Source: Polyangia bacterium
GTDB taxonomy: Bacteria; Myxococcota_A; Polyangia; Fen-1088
NCBI GenBank assembly: GCA_035696125.1
Contig: DASRQZ010000072.1
Span: 7,366-71,365 of the forward strand
Direction: 5' to 3'
Length of the DNA: 64,000 nucleotides
Part shown: one piece after another, positions 22,387 to 32,190 of the stretch
Layout: every line of letters begins with the position of its first letter
Numbering within the stretch: the stretch's first letter is position 1
Notes under the pieces: model-generated
What the model saw: only the letters and a program-made list of their open reading frames with translations
Database searches by the model: none
Told to the model about the DNA's origin: nothing
Program-made: the position numbers and the translations under genes

Positions 22387-24069
22387 ATGCCGGGGCCGGT
22401 CATTCACAGCTCGATTCTGGGTGTCCTGGGCGTGGTCGCCCTGCAGCTTTCGCCGCCGCCGACCGTGATTGGCGCTGGCCCGCCGGCTGAGGCGGCGTAC
22501 GCGCTGGTGGTCGGCAGCAACGCCGCGGGCGAGGGCCAGCAAGAGCTGCGCTACGCCGAGCGCGACGCCCGGGCCGTCGCCGCGGTGCTGCGCGACGTGG
22601 GCGCGTACCCGGCCGACAACCTGTTCCTGGTCTTGCGCCCGACGCGGGGCCGGTTGCTGGCCGCCGTGGCCGCGCTGCGCGAGCGGCTGAGCGAGCACGC
22701 CCGGCGCGGCGAGCAGACGCAGGTCTTCTTCTACTACTCGGGACACGCGCGCGCGCACGCGCTGACCATCGGTCGCGAGGAGCTTGCCCTGTCCGAGCTG
22801 CGCCAGGAGATCCTCGGCCTGCCGAGCACGCTCACCATCGTGGTCCTCGACGCCTGCCAGAGCGGAGCCTTCTCGCGCATCAAGGGCGCCGAGCCGACCG
22901 CCGACTTTTCCTTCAACTCGGTCGCCCGCCTCAACACCGCCGGCCTGGCGGTCATCGCCTCGAGCGCGTCCGCCGAGCTGAGCCAGGAGTCCGACGATCT
23001 CACCGGATCGTTCTTCACCCACCACCTGCTGCTGGCCCTGCGGGGCGCCGGCGACGCCAACCAGGACGGCAAGATCAGCCTCGACGAGGCTTACCGCTAC
23101 ACCTATCAGCGAACGCTGACCGGAACAGCGGCGACGGCGGTCGGCGCGCAACACGCCACGCTGGAGACCGACCTGCGCGGCAAGGGTGACGTGATCCTGA
23201 CCCGACCCGCGGCGGCCGCGCAGATCCTGGTCCCCGCCGCGGTCCACGGCCGCCTGCTGTTCCAGCACCGCCCCAGCCAGAGCGTGGTCGCCGAGCTGGA
23301 CAAGGCGCGCGGCGAGGCAGTCCAGCTCGCGGTGCCGGCCGGCCCGTACTCGGTGCTGGTCCGCCAGGGCGACGATCTGCGGGAGTGCGAGGTCACGACC
23401 GCGCCACAGGCGATCGTGACCCTCGACCTCGCCGCTTGCCGCCGCTCCTCGCTGCAGATCTCGGACGCCAAGGGCACCGCCTGGCAAGGCCCGCGCTGGG
23501 GGCTCGAGCTCGCGCTCGGCCTGATCGCGGGGCGCAGCGACGCTTACGTCGACGAGATCCGGCAGTTCGACTTCAGCCGGTTCGGGGGCAACGTCTGGCT
23601 CGGATTGTCGCATCATCTGGCGCTGACCGCGTCGCGGGCGCAAGGCCGCCACTTCGCCGTGACCCTCGGCCTGGTCGAGCTCGACGCTCAAGATCACGAC
23701 CGCGGCGACGCGGACCACCCCGACAACACGACAACACCGGCCCACTTCGGATGGTCCGGTTACGGCCTCGGCGTCGGCGTGCGCGGCACGCTGCCGCTGG
23801 CGCGCGATCGCTTCATCCCCTACGCGCAGGCCAGCGTCGGACCGGCGCTGGCCTTCACGCGCTGGCAAGACGCCACGGGGACGACCAGCGACTGGTTCCT
23901 CGGATACCACCTGGGCGCGAAGGCGGGCGCGGCCGTCATGCCCTGGCGTTCGCTGGGCTTCCTGTTCGAAGTCGGCTACTACCACGCGCCGCTGATCCAG
24001 AACCGGTTCGGCCAGACCCACGACAGCGGCGGCGCGGTCATCGACGTCGGCACCCGCTACGCCTTCTGA
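22387..24069 (+). CDS. Caspase (peptidase C14) domain protein fused to a C-terminal predicted outer-membrane beta-barrel-like domain
   Basis: From MPGPVIHSSILGVLGVVAL (signal). C14 catalytic dyad contexts YYSGHARAH (His) and IVVLDACQSGAF (Cys). The C-terminal ~280 aa have alternating hydrophobic beta-strand character and end ...GTRYAF with a terminal Phe, the OMP signature. Confidence 0.8.
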   Translation: MPGPVIHSSILGVLGVVALQLSPPPTVIGAGPPAEAAYALVVGSNAAGEGQQELRYAERDARAVAAVLRDVGAYPADNLFLVLRPTRGRLLAAVAALRERLSEHARRGEQTQVFFYYSGHARAHALTIGREELALSELRQEILGLPSTLTIVVLDACQSGAFSRIKGAEPTADFSFNSVARLNTAGLAVIASSASAELSQESDDLTGSFFTHHLLLALRGAGDANQDGKISLDEAYRYTYQRTLTGTAATAVGAQHATLETDLRGKGDVILTRPAAAAQILVPAAVHGRLLFQHRPSQSVVAELDKARGEAVQLAVPAGPYSVLVRQGDDLRECEVTTAPQAIVTLDLAACRRSSLQISDAKGTAWQGPRWGLELALGLIAGRSDAYVDEIRQFDFSRFGGNVWLGLSHHLALTASRAQGRHFAVTLGLVELDAQDHDRGDADHPDNTTTPAHFGWSGYGLGVGVRGTLPLARDRFIPYAQASVGPALAFTRWQDATGTTSDWFLGYHLGAKAGAAVMPWRSLGFLFEVGYYHAPLIQNRFGQTHDSGGAVIDVGTRYAF

Positions 24070-24078
24070 GGATGAGCC

Positions 24079-24810
24079 ATGGCACTGACGACGACCACGA
24101 CGACGACGAGGACGATGACCATGACGACGAAGACCACGACGACGGTGATCAGGACGAAGTCAGCCCTGGCACTGGCGCTGCTGGCCGTGCTTGCGGGCGG
24201 CTGCCCGCTGGACGACGATCCCGGATTCGACGACTGGTGCGGTGATCGGCTTTGCCGCTGGCAGGTCGCCGAGGGGTCGATCCGCAAGGCCCCCACCTGG
24301 CACGAGCGCGACCTGGGCGTCGAGCTGGTCGCCGACCAGGTGGTGCTGCGCCAGATCGACGACGTCGACTCGGTCGCCTGCCTGGAGTTCAAGGTCATCG
24401 CCGACATCGATCCCGCCGCGTCGGTGTTCCTGGAGATGGACTTTCTGTCCGATGGCGGCGCGCCCGACTACCGCCAGCGCATCCCCAGCGCGTCCTGGAG
24501 ACCGCTGTCGTTCCTGGTCTCGGCGCCCACCTGGTACCACGGCGTCACGCTCACCATTCGCAAGGAGAGCGAGGGGCACGCCGTGCTGGCGCGTCTGGAG
24601 ATGTCGAGCGCCACCGGCTGCACCGGCGCTCCCATCCCGCTGTCGGATCGTCCCGCGGGCGCCTGGTGCGAGACCACGCCGCAATGCGCGGCGGGCCTGG
24701 TGTGCGCGGCCGCCAATGTCTGCACGAAGACCTTCGCCGCCTGCGCCACCGACGGCGACTGCGCCGACGGCAGCGGGCCGTGTGTGGCCTGGCCGCCGAC
24801 CTGTCAATGA
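24079..24810 (+). CDS. Cys-rich lipoprotein (hypothetical)
   Basis: Lipobox LAVLAGGC after a poly-Thr N-terminus; the true start is probably one of the internal Met/Val codons. C-terminal Cys-rich module CETTPQCAAGLVCAAANVCTKTFAACATDGDCADGSGPCVAWPPTC. Starts 10 bp after the caspase gene and ends 5 bp before the sigma gene. Confidence 0.6.
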   Translation: MALTTTTTTTRTMTMTTKTTTTVIRTKSALALALLAVLAGGCPLDDDPGFDDWCGDRLCRWQVAEGSIRKAPTWHERDLGVELVADQVVLRQIDDVDSVACLEFKVIADIDPAASVFLEMDFLSDGGAPDYRQRIPSASWRPLSFLVSAPTWYHGVTLTIRKESEGHAVLARLEMSSATGCTGAPIPLSDRPAGAWCETTPQCAAGLVCAAANVCTKTFAACATDGDCADGSGPCVAWPPTCQ

Positions 24811-24815
24811 TCGGA

Positions 24816-25324
24816 TGGAGCTTTATCGCCGCTATGGCCCCGCGCTGCTGAGAAAGGCCGAAAGGATGTTGCAGTCCCGCGAGGAGGCACAAGACCTGGT
24901 CCAGGGCCTGTTCCTGGATCTGCTGCAGCGTGCGCGCGCCGATGACGCCGGCGCGATCGACCTGCCGTACCTCTATCGCGCGATCACCAACCGTTGCCTG
25001 AACCACCTGCGCGATCGCCGCAACCAGGGGCGCTTGATCGCCAGCCACGAGCTGGCCGCGCAGGACATCGCGCGCACGCGCGTCGACGATCGGATCGTGG
25101 ATCGGCAGCTCCTGTCGAGCCTCAGCGGGCGGCTCGACGATCAGAGCTGGGAGGTGCTGGTCTACCGCTTCATCGACGATCTGGGCGAGGACGAGATCGC
25201 CAGCCTTTTGGGCGCCAGCCGCCGCACGGTGGCGCGCCGAGTGCGCCACATCCGGCAAGAGGTGCGCCTCCTCCTCGCCGACCCGCGACCGATGACCGGC
25301 GGCAGGACGGGGGAGGCGACGTGA
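24816..25324 (+). CDS. ECF (sigma-24/sigma-70 group 4) RNA polymerase sigma factor
   Basis: 169 aa. Region 2 (DLVQGLFLDLL...YLYRAITNRCLNHLR) and region 4 HTH (EVLVYRFIDDLGEDEIASLLGASRRTVARRV). Confidence 0.85.
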
Positions 25325-26085
25325 GCGGCGAGGCCGACTGCGTTCCGATCTCGTGGTTGCGGCTCGAGCGTTATCACCTGGGCGAGCTGCCGCCCGCCGA
25401 GAGCGATGTCGTCGCCCGCCACCTCGAGCAATGCGACCGCTGCCGCCGCTGCCTGGATCGGATCCAGCGCCCGCATGGCGCGGATCTTCCTGCGCTGCCG
25501 GCCGGCCGCGCGCCAGACGGCGCCGGCGGCGCCGCGACCGCGGCGATGACTGCCCCCGGGGGGCGCGGGCGCGGTGGCTTCACGCGCGGCGGTCGGTCCG
25601 TGAGCTGGGGCCTCCGGGCCCTGGTTGCGGTCGGCGCCGCCGCGGCGCTGGTGCTGATCATCGCGCGCCCGAGCGAGGTCCCCCTGCCGCGCCGTCACCT
25701 GATCCAGACCAAGGGAGGCGACGTCACCTTCGAGCTGGTGCGCGAGCGCGGTGGTTCTGTCGCCTGGGACGCGGCGGCGTACAGCGCCCAGGACCGGTTC
25801 AAGGTGCTCCTCACCTGCCCTCCCCCGTTGCGCCTGTACGCCGATCTGGCCGTCGTCCAGGGCGACGGCGCCGCCTTCCCGGGTGAACCGGTCGCCGTCT
25901 CTTGCGGCAACCGCGTCCCCCTCCCGCTGGCCTTCCGGATCACCGGCCCTGGCCCCGCCGCGGTCTGTCTGTCCGTGGACCAGGCCCAGCCGCCCGCGCG
26001 CGACCGACTGCGGGCGCTGCGCCCCGCGGACCGCCTGGGCGACCTGCCGACCAGCTGCATCCGTCTCGACGCGGCCGGCGACTGA
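25321..26085 (+). CDS. Zinc-finger (ZAS-type) anti-sigma factor with a single TM segment
   Basis: GTG start overlapping the sigma stop (GTGA). HLEQCDRCRRC = HxxxCxxC anti-sigma zinc motif. TM LRALVAVGAAAALVLII. Periplasmic C-terminal domain. Confidence 0.7.
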   Translation: MSGEADCVPISWLRLERYHLGELPPAESDVVARHLEQCDRCRRCLDRIQRPHGADLPALPAGRAPDGAGGAATAAMTAPGGRGRGGFTRGGRSVSWGLRALVAVGAAAALVLIIARPSEVPLPRRHLIQTKGGDVTFELVRERGGSVAWDAAAYSAQDRFKVLLTCPPPLRLYADLAVVQGDGAAFPGEPVAVSCGNRVPLPLAFRITGPGPAAVCLSVDQAQPPARDRLRALRPADRLGDLPTSCIRLDAAGD

Positions 26086-26227
26086 CCGGATGACGCGGCT
26101 TCGTGGATGGTCGCGTCGCGAGGCCAGCTCGCCCCGCGTCGCGCTGCCCGACCCACACCAGGTCGGCGCGCGTCAGCGCGAAATCGTGGGTCGCCCCCCC
26201 CGGTCGCGGTGGTAGCCTCTACAGTCG

Positions 26228-26749
26228 ATGGCGCTGCTGCTCGTGGCGGTTGCCGCCGCGCTGATCGGCGCTGCCGTCGCGGCGGTGGTGATGCTCGCCG
26301 GCTTTGGCGCGCCGGGTCGCCGCCGCCGGCTGCCGCGCAAGTGGACATCGGCGGGCGGCCTGGTCATCGACGGGCGCGGGCGGATCGCCCTGGTGCGCCA
26401 GCGCAATCGCCGCGGCCGCTGGCGCTGGACCCTGCCCAAGGGGCGCATCGATCGCGGCGAGACCGCCGAGGCGGCCGCCCTGCGAGAGGTGCACGAAGAG
26501 AGCGGTCTGCGCGCGCGCATCCTGCGCCCGATCGTCCTGCACGAGGGACGCTTTCACTTCACCTACTTCTTCGAGATGGCGCTCGAGGGCGACGACGGCG
26601 CGCACGATGGAGAGACCAAGGAGGTGCGTCTGTGCTCCTTCGCCGAGGCCGCGACCATGCTGCGGTCGCGGCGCGACCTGCGAGTGCTGCGCCGGCTGGT
26701 CGAGATGCGCACCCGGGTGGTGTCGGTCGCCGACCGCTCGTCGCGATGA
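26228..26749 (+). CDS. NUDIX hydrolase
   Basis: Nudix box GRIDRGETAEAAALREVHEESGL (Gx5Ex7REVxEExGU). Confidence 0.8.
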   Translation: MALLLVAVAAALIGAAVAAVVMLAGFGAPGRRRRLPRKWTSAGGLVIDGRGRIALVRQRNRRGRWRWTLPKGRIDRGETAEAAALREVHEESGLRARILRPIVLHEGRFHFTYFFEMALEGDDGAHDGETKEVRLCSFAEAATMLRSRRDLRVLRRLVEMRTRVVSVADRSSR

Positions 26750-26783
26750 AATCCGCCTATGATTTATCGACAATACGGTCCTG

Positions 26784-27026
26784 GTGTTCCTGCACGAGGG
26801 CGGGCATGGCCTCGACACCGCGACCGGCTCGCAGAACAGCACGCACTCGACGCAGAACATGGCCTGCCTGATCGCGGGCCGGGCCGGCGGCCTCAAGCCC
26901 GGCCAGCACGTCGCCGCCACCGGCAAGCACCCCGCCAACGTCCTCATCACCGCTATGAACACCGCCGGCGTCGCCGGCAACGCGCTCGGCGAGGTGACCG
27001 GCAACATTCCGGCGCTGCTGGCGTAA
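26784..27026 (+). pseudogene. C-terminal remnant of a DUF1552-family protein (truncated gene fragment)
   Basis: The 80-aa ORF matches only the extreme C-terminal pattern I recall for DUF1552 proteins (...HST.NM..LIAG.AGG...G.H........NVL.T...TAGV...LGEVTGNI), recalled from memory. The rest of the ~450-aa family architecture is absent upstream, where the NUDIX gene ends 34 bp earlier. Confidence 0.35.
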
Positions 27027-27038
27027 CCGAAAGCAGGG

Positions 27039-27431
27039 TTAACCGGCAGGGCGCCGCAGACGCCAAGCCCGGACCTTTGACAATCCGGATCCTGGCGTCA
27101 TGGAATCCAGGAGGGTGTTGTCTCCATCCGACCGGGAGAGGGCCGGCGCCGCGCCCCCCGGCCCCTGGCCGGACTCGTCGCCGTGCCCCTGATAATGCGG
27201 CAGCAGGTAGTAAAGGATGCCGAACAGGATGGCCAGCGCCAGCAAGGTGACGAAGGCGATCTCCTTGGTCCGCCCGGATCCGGGGGTCAGTTTCTGATGA
27301 CGGCGATGATGTCGCCGGCGACGGCGAATCACCCTCTCTTCGGAGCTCTCGGCGGAATCAACCACTACGCGGGCATCGGGCAGGCCGCTCGAGCTACCGG
27401 GGAGGGGGCCTGCTACGCCTTTGTTCATAGG
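27039..27431 (-). CDS. Small hypothetical membrane protein
   Basis: One TM (IAFVTLLALAILFGILYYLL) flanked by an Arg/His-rich segment. Modest coding signal, so low confidence. Confidence 0.3.
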   Translation of the reverse strand, partial: PMNKGVAGPLPGSSSGLPDARVVVDSAESSEERVIRRRRRHHRRHQKLTPGSGRTKEIAFVTLLALAILFGILYYLLPHYQGHGDESGQGPGGAAPALSRSDGDNTLLDSMTPGSGLSKVRAWRLRRPAG

Positions 27432-27619
27432 CATACGGGGCACCAGTCATGCACCTTAGGCCAGATCGGTCGTCGCTTTCAACACCTCCCTTTCTCTGTG
27501 GGCCCGGAAACGTTTGTGCTCGGGGCAGAGCCGGCGGAATAGCGTGGCTTGCTGCTGCGTTGACCCTGGGCTAGGCTGACACCGGTCTCGCGCTTCACCC
27601 ACCGATTCCCCCTGCCCCC

Positions 27620-28189
27620 ATGATCGGTCTCGTCACTCCTTTTCTGCCTTTTCTGTCTTTTCTGCCTTTTCTGGCAGCGCTACCGAGCACCTTGGCGTCG
27701 GGTGCGCCGATCTGCGATCCGGTCGGCCCGACCAGCTGTGAGGCATCGCCGCGTGCCGCGATGATGCTCGGCGCGCCCGCCTCCGACTCTGACAGACCGC
27801 GCTACGCCACCCAGGCGGTGGTTGATTGTCGGGCGCCCTCCGTCCGCATCCCCATCGACCCCGCCTTGCTGGCCGGTCTGGTCGGCGAGTGTGACGGAAC
27901 GCCCCGCGACGCCTGGTACCGGGCCTCGCGCGACCCGGACAGTGAGCGGGCCACCAACGGCCTTCGCCCGGCGCGCCGCGATGGCCAGGGCGCCAGCACC
28001 CTGGCCGCCTGCGCCGGCGTGCCGTCCGAGGGAGGTGACGCCTCCAGCGGCCCGGCGCCGTCGCAGCCTGTGGCGCTGTTCGCATTGCCCGCGCTTCCAC
28101 CGGTTTCGGCCACGCGCTTGGCCGCCGAACGATCGATCTCGCTTCTCACGCGGCAGCCAAGGCCGCTCGAGAGACCGCCCAGAACCTAG
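27620..28189 (+). CDS. Hypothetical secreted Cys-containing protein (weak)
   Basis: Signal-like N-terminus encoded by a 9-bp tandem repeat (CCTTTTCTG x4). Six Cys. Could be non-coding. Confidence 0.25.
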   Translation: MIGLVTPFLPFLSFLPFLAALPSTLASGAPICDPVGPTSCEASPRAAMMLGAPASDSDRPRYATQAVVDCRAPSVRIPIDPALLAGLVGECDGTPRDAWYRASRDPDSERATNGLRPARRDGQGASTLAACAGVPSEGGDASSGPAPSQPVALFALPALPPVSATRLAAERSISLLTRQPRPLERPPRT

Positions 28190-28429
28190 GCCGCGGACCA
28201 CGTCGGGCGGGTTCGACCGGCCCTCGTCACGCGCGCTTGCCGAAGGCGCGAGTCATCCCGGCCGGGACGGTCGCGGCGCGCGCGCGTGGCCAGCGACCCT
28301 TCGTCCCCGCGCCCGCGCGCGCAGCACGGTCTTTCGTGAACGCCTCTTGAGCTCAGGGTCTCTCTCCAGCGCGCATCTCGATTCTCGATTTCAGGCCTTT
28401 CACTTCAGTCACACCCCAGGAGTTTCACC

Positions 28430-31093
28430 ATGAAGATAGGAACAGTCATCGCATTGCTGGTCGTCGTCGCGGGCGGCTTCTACGCGTTCGCGCGCTTCGC
28501 CAACAGCGGCAACAAGGAAAAATCAGGGGCCGGCGAGGTCGCCCTCAAGGGTGACGGCACGCCCGACAAGGCGGTCGGCGACGTCCCGCGCTTTCGCGTA
28601 CCGCTCGAGGGTGCGGCGCGTGGGCCGGCCACCGCCAAGGTGAACATCGTCGCGTTCTCCGACTTCCAGTGTCCCTTCTGCAGCCGGGTCATCCCGACGA
28701 TGGAAAAGCTCCAGAAGGAGTACCCCAACGACGTCCGTCTCTACTTCCGGCACAACCCCCTGCCCTTCCATCCCGACGCGCCGCTGGCCTCGCAGGCCGC
28801 GCTCGAGGCCGAGGCGCAGGGCAAGTTCTGGGAGATGCACGACAAGCTCTTCGCCAACCAGCAGAACATCAAGCGCCCCGATCTCGAGAGGTACGCGACC
28901 GAGCTGGGCCTCGACATGGGCAAGTTCAGGACCGCGCTCGACACCTCCGCGCACAAGAACCGCATCGACGCCGACATGAAGCTGGCGCAGCAGATCGGCG
29001 TGCAGGGGACACCCAACTTCTTCCTCAACGGCCGCCAGGTCGTGGGCGCGCAGCCCTACGAAGAGTTCAAGAAGGTGGTCGACGACGAGATCGCGCGCGC
29101 CGACAAGCTGCTGGCCGCGGGCACCCCGTCGAACCAGCTGTACGCAAAGTTCATGGCGGGAGCCAAGACCGCGCCGTCCCCGGCCGCCGCCGCGCCCAAC
29201 CAGCCCCCGGCCAAGGGCCCGGGCGCGGGCGCGGAGGTGTACAAGGTCGCCATCGGCGACGCGCCGACCAAGGGCGCCAAGCAGCCCAAGGTCACCATCG
29301 TCGAGTTCTCCGAGTTTCAGTGCCCGTACTGCGGCCGCGTGTCGCCCACGCTGGAGAGCGTGCTCAAGGAATACGGCAATGACGTCCAGCTGGCGTTCCG
29401 CCACAACCCGCTGCCCTTCCACAACAACGCCATGATCGCCTCCGAGGCGGCCGAGGCGGCGCGTGAGCAGGGCAAGTTCTGGCAGATGCACGACAAGCTG
29501 TTCGCCAACCAGGGCGCGCTCGACCGGCCCAACCTCGAGAAGTACGCGCAGGAGATCGGTCTCGACATGGGCAAGTTCAAGAACGTGCTCGACACCGAAA
29601 AGTACAAGGACCGCATCAAGAAGGACATGGACGACGCGGCCAATTTCGGCGCGCGCGGCACGCCCAACTTCTTCATCAACGGACGCAACTTCCGCGGCGC
29701 GCAGCCGCTGGAGGCGTTCAAGGCCGTCATCGACGAGGAGCTCAAGAAGGCCGACGAGAAGCTGAAGAGCGGCACGCCGCGCGGCCAGCTCTACGCCGCG
29801 CTGACCAGCAACGGCTTGACCAAGGCCGCGCCGCCGCCCCCGGCTCCGGCGCGCCAGGGTGAGCCCGACGCCACGACCGTGTTCCGCGCCGACGTCAAGG
29901 GCGCGCCCATCAAGGGCGCCAAGGACGCGCTGGTCACCATCGTCCAGTACTCCGATTACCAGTGCCCGTTCTGTTCGCGCGTCGAGCCGACCATCTCCAA
30001 GGTCATGGACGAGTACAAGGGCAAGGTTCGCGTCGCCTGGCGCGACCTGCCGCTGCCCTTCCACCCCAACGCCATGCCGGCCGCCATCGCGGCGCGCGCG
30101 GCCGGCGAGCAGGGCAAGTACTGGGAGATGCACGACAAGATCTTCGCCAACCAGCAGACCCTGGACCGCCCGACCTACGAGAAGTACGCGCAGGAGCTGG
30201 GCCTCAACATGGGCAAGTTCAAGGCGGCGCTGGACGCGCAGAAGGGCAAGGCCGAGATCGAGGCCGACGCGGCCTCGGGCAACAAGATCGGCGCGCGCGG
30301 CACGCCGGCCTTCTTCATCAACGGCAAGTTCCTGTCGGGCGCGCAGCCGTTCGAGGCCTTCAAGGCCAAGATCGACGACGAGCTCAAGACCGCGGAGGCG
30401 CTGGTCGCCAAGGGCACGCCCAGGGCCAAGGTCTACGACGTCATCATGAAGGACGCGAAGACCGAAGTGGCGGCGGCGCCCGCGGGCCAGGCCCCCGAGG
30501 CCGAGAAGACGCCGGAGCAAGACCAGACCGTGTACAAGGTCGAGGCCGGTGACTCGCAGGCCAAGGGGCCGAAGAACGCCCCCATCACCATGGTGATCTT
30601 CTCCGACTTCCAGTGCCCGTTCTGCGCGCGTGTCGAGCCGACGCTGACGCAGATCGAGAAGGAGTACGGCGGCAAGGTGCGGCAGGTGTGGAAGAACTAT
30701 CCGCTGCCTTTCCACAACAACGCCGAACCGGCGGCCGAGGCGGCGATGGCGGCGGGGGCGCAGGGCAAGTTCTGGGAGATGCACGACAAGCTCTTCGCGA
30801 ACAACACCGCGCTCGACCGGCCGAATCTCGAAAAGTACGCCCAGGAGCTGGGTCTCAACATGGCCAAGTTCAAGGCCGACCTCGACAGCAGCAAGTACAA
30901 GAGCGTGATCGAGGCCGAGACCAAGGAGGGCCAGGCGGTCGGCGTCAACGGCACGCCGGCGGTGTTCATCAACGGCCGCAAGATCTCGGGCGCCTACCCG
31001 TTCGACACGTTCAAGAAGATCACCGAGGAGGAGCTGGCGAAGAGAGAAGGTGGCGGCGCCCACGGCAAGGCGATCGCCAAACGCAAGACGTAG
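28430..31093 (+). CDS. Membrane-anchored protein with four tandem DsbA-like (Thioredoxin_4) thiol:disulfide oxidoreductase domains
   Basis: 887 aa. N-terminal TM anchor ([14 protein letters not shown]). Four ~210-aa repeats, each with FxxFQCP[FY]C[SGA][15 protein letters not shown][EQ]MHDKLFANQ, GxxGTPxFFINGR and GAQPxExFK. CxxC motifs are CPFC, CPYC, CPFC and CPFC. RBS AGGAG at 28413. Confidence 0.9.
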   Translation: MKIGTVIALLVVVAGGFYAFARFANSGNKEKSGAGEVALKGDGTPDKAVGDVPRFRVPLEGAARGPATAKVNIVAFSDFQCPFCSRVIPTMEKLQKEYPNDVRLYFRHNPLPFHPDAPLASQAALEAEAQGKFWEMHDKLFANQQNIKRPDLERYATELGLDMGKFRTALDTSAHKNRIDADMKLAQQIGVQGTPNFFLNGRQVVGAQPYEEFKKVVDDEIARADKLLAAGTPSNQLYAKFMAGAKTAPSPAAAAPNQPPAKGPGAGAEVYKVAIGDAPTKGAKQPKVTIVEFSEFQCPYCGRVSPTLESVLKEYGNDVQLAFRHNPLPFHNNAMIASEAAEAAREQGKFWQMHDKLFANQGALDRPNLEKYAQEIGLDMGKFKNVLDTEKYKDRIKKDMDDAANFGARGTPNFFINGRNFRGAQPLEAFKAVIDEELKKADEKLKSGTPRGQLYAALTSNGLTKAAPPPPAPARQGEPDATTVFRADVKGAPIKGAKDALVTIVQYSDYQCPFCSRVEPTISKVMDEYKGKVRVAWRDLPLPFHPNAMPAAIAARAAGEQGKYWEMHDKIFANQQTLDRPTYEKYAQELGLNMGKFKAALDAQKGKAEIEADAASGNKIGARGTPAFFINGKFLSGAQPFEAFKAKIDDELKTAEALVAKGTPRAKVYDVIMKDAKTEVAAAPAGQAPEAEKTPEQDQTVYKVEAGDSQAKGPKNAPITMVIFSDFQCPFCARVEPTLTQIEKEYGGKVRQVWKNYPLPFHNNAEPAAEAAMAAGAQGKFWEMHDKLFANNTALDRPNLEKYAQELGLNMAKFKADLDSSKYKSVIEAETKEGQAVGVNGTPAVFINGRKISGAYPFDTFKKITEEELAKREGGGAHGKAIAKRKT

Positions 31094-31117
31094 TGGGGCC
31101 GAGGACCGCGTGAAGAC

Positions 31118-31144
31118 GCGGGCCCGCCGCCAGGGCGGGCCCGC
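31118..31144 (+). terminator. GC-rich hairpin after the tetra-DsbA gene (candidate terminator without a U-tract)
   Basis: Perfect 11-bp stem GCGGGCCCGCC / GGCGGGCCCGC with a 5-nt loop. Confidence 0.3.
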
Positions 31145-31171
31145 CCACCCGAACCGTGTACACTGCTGGGC

Positions 31172-32186
31172 CATGCTGATCGTGATGAAGGCCGGCGCGA
31201 CCAAGGAGGAGGTCGCGGAGGTCGAGACCCGTATCCGCGAGCTGGGGTTCACCCCCAACGAGGTGCCGGGCTCGACGCGGCTGGCGATCGGGATCACCGG
31301 CAACCAGGGGCCGCTCGACCCCGGGTTGTTCAATGTCATGAACGGCGTCGCCGAGGCGGTGCCGATCTCGCGCCCCTGGAAGCTGGTCTCGCGCGAGGTG
31401 AAGCCCGACGACACGGTGGTCAAGATCGGCGACGGTCAGTTCGGCGGCGGCAAGTTCGGCGTGATCGCCGGCCCGTGCGCCGTCGAGAGCCGCGAGCAGA
31501 TGCAGACCACGGCCGTCGCGGTCAAGAGCGCGGGCGCGCGCTTCCTGCGCGGCGGCGCCTTCAAACCACGCACGTCACCCTATGCGTTCCAGGGCCTGAA
31601 GGAAGAAGGGTTGCGCATCCTGGCCGAGATGCGCGAGGAGACCGGCCTGCCCATCGTCACCGAGGTCATGGACACCCGCGACGTCGAGCTGGTGGCGCGC
31701 TACGCTGACGTCCTGCAGATCGGCGCGCGCAACATGCAGAACTTCTCCCTGCTGGAGGCGGTGGGCGCGCAGCGGCGCGCCGTGATGCTCAAGCGCGGCC
31801 TGTCGGCGACCATTCAAGAGTTCCTGATGGCGGCCGAGTACATCGTCAAGCAGGGCAACTACAACGTGATCCTGTGCGAGCGCGGCATCCGCACCTTCGA
31901 GCCCATGACCCGCAACACCCTGGATCTGGGCTCGATCCCGCTCATCAAGCGGCTCACCCACCTGCCGATCATCGTCGACCCATCGCACGGCACCGGCGAC
32001 CGTCTGTCGGTGCCGGCCATGGCGCGCGCGGCGGTGGCGCTGGGCGCCGACGGCTTGATGGTCGAAGTGCACCCGCATCCGGACAAGGCGCTGTCGGACG
32101 GACCGCAGTCGCTGACGCCGGCCCAGTTCGCGACCCTGATGGAGTCGGTGCGCGCCATCGCGCCGGCCGTCGGACTGGAGCTTTGA
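31172..32186 (+). CDS. aroF: 3-deoxy-7-phosphoheptulonate (DAHP) synthase, class I-beta with N-terminal regulatory domain
   Basis: 338 aa. KDO8P/DAHP synthase I-beta core ([37 protein letters not shown]) preceded by a ~70-aa ferredoxin-like/ACT-type regulatory extension. Confidence 0.9.
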
Positions 32187-32190
32187 ACAA

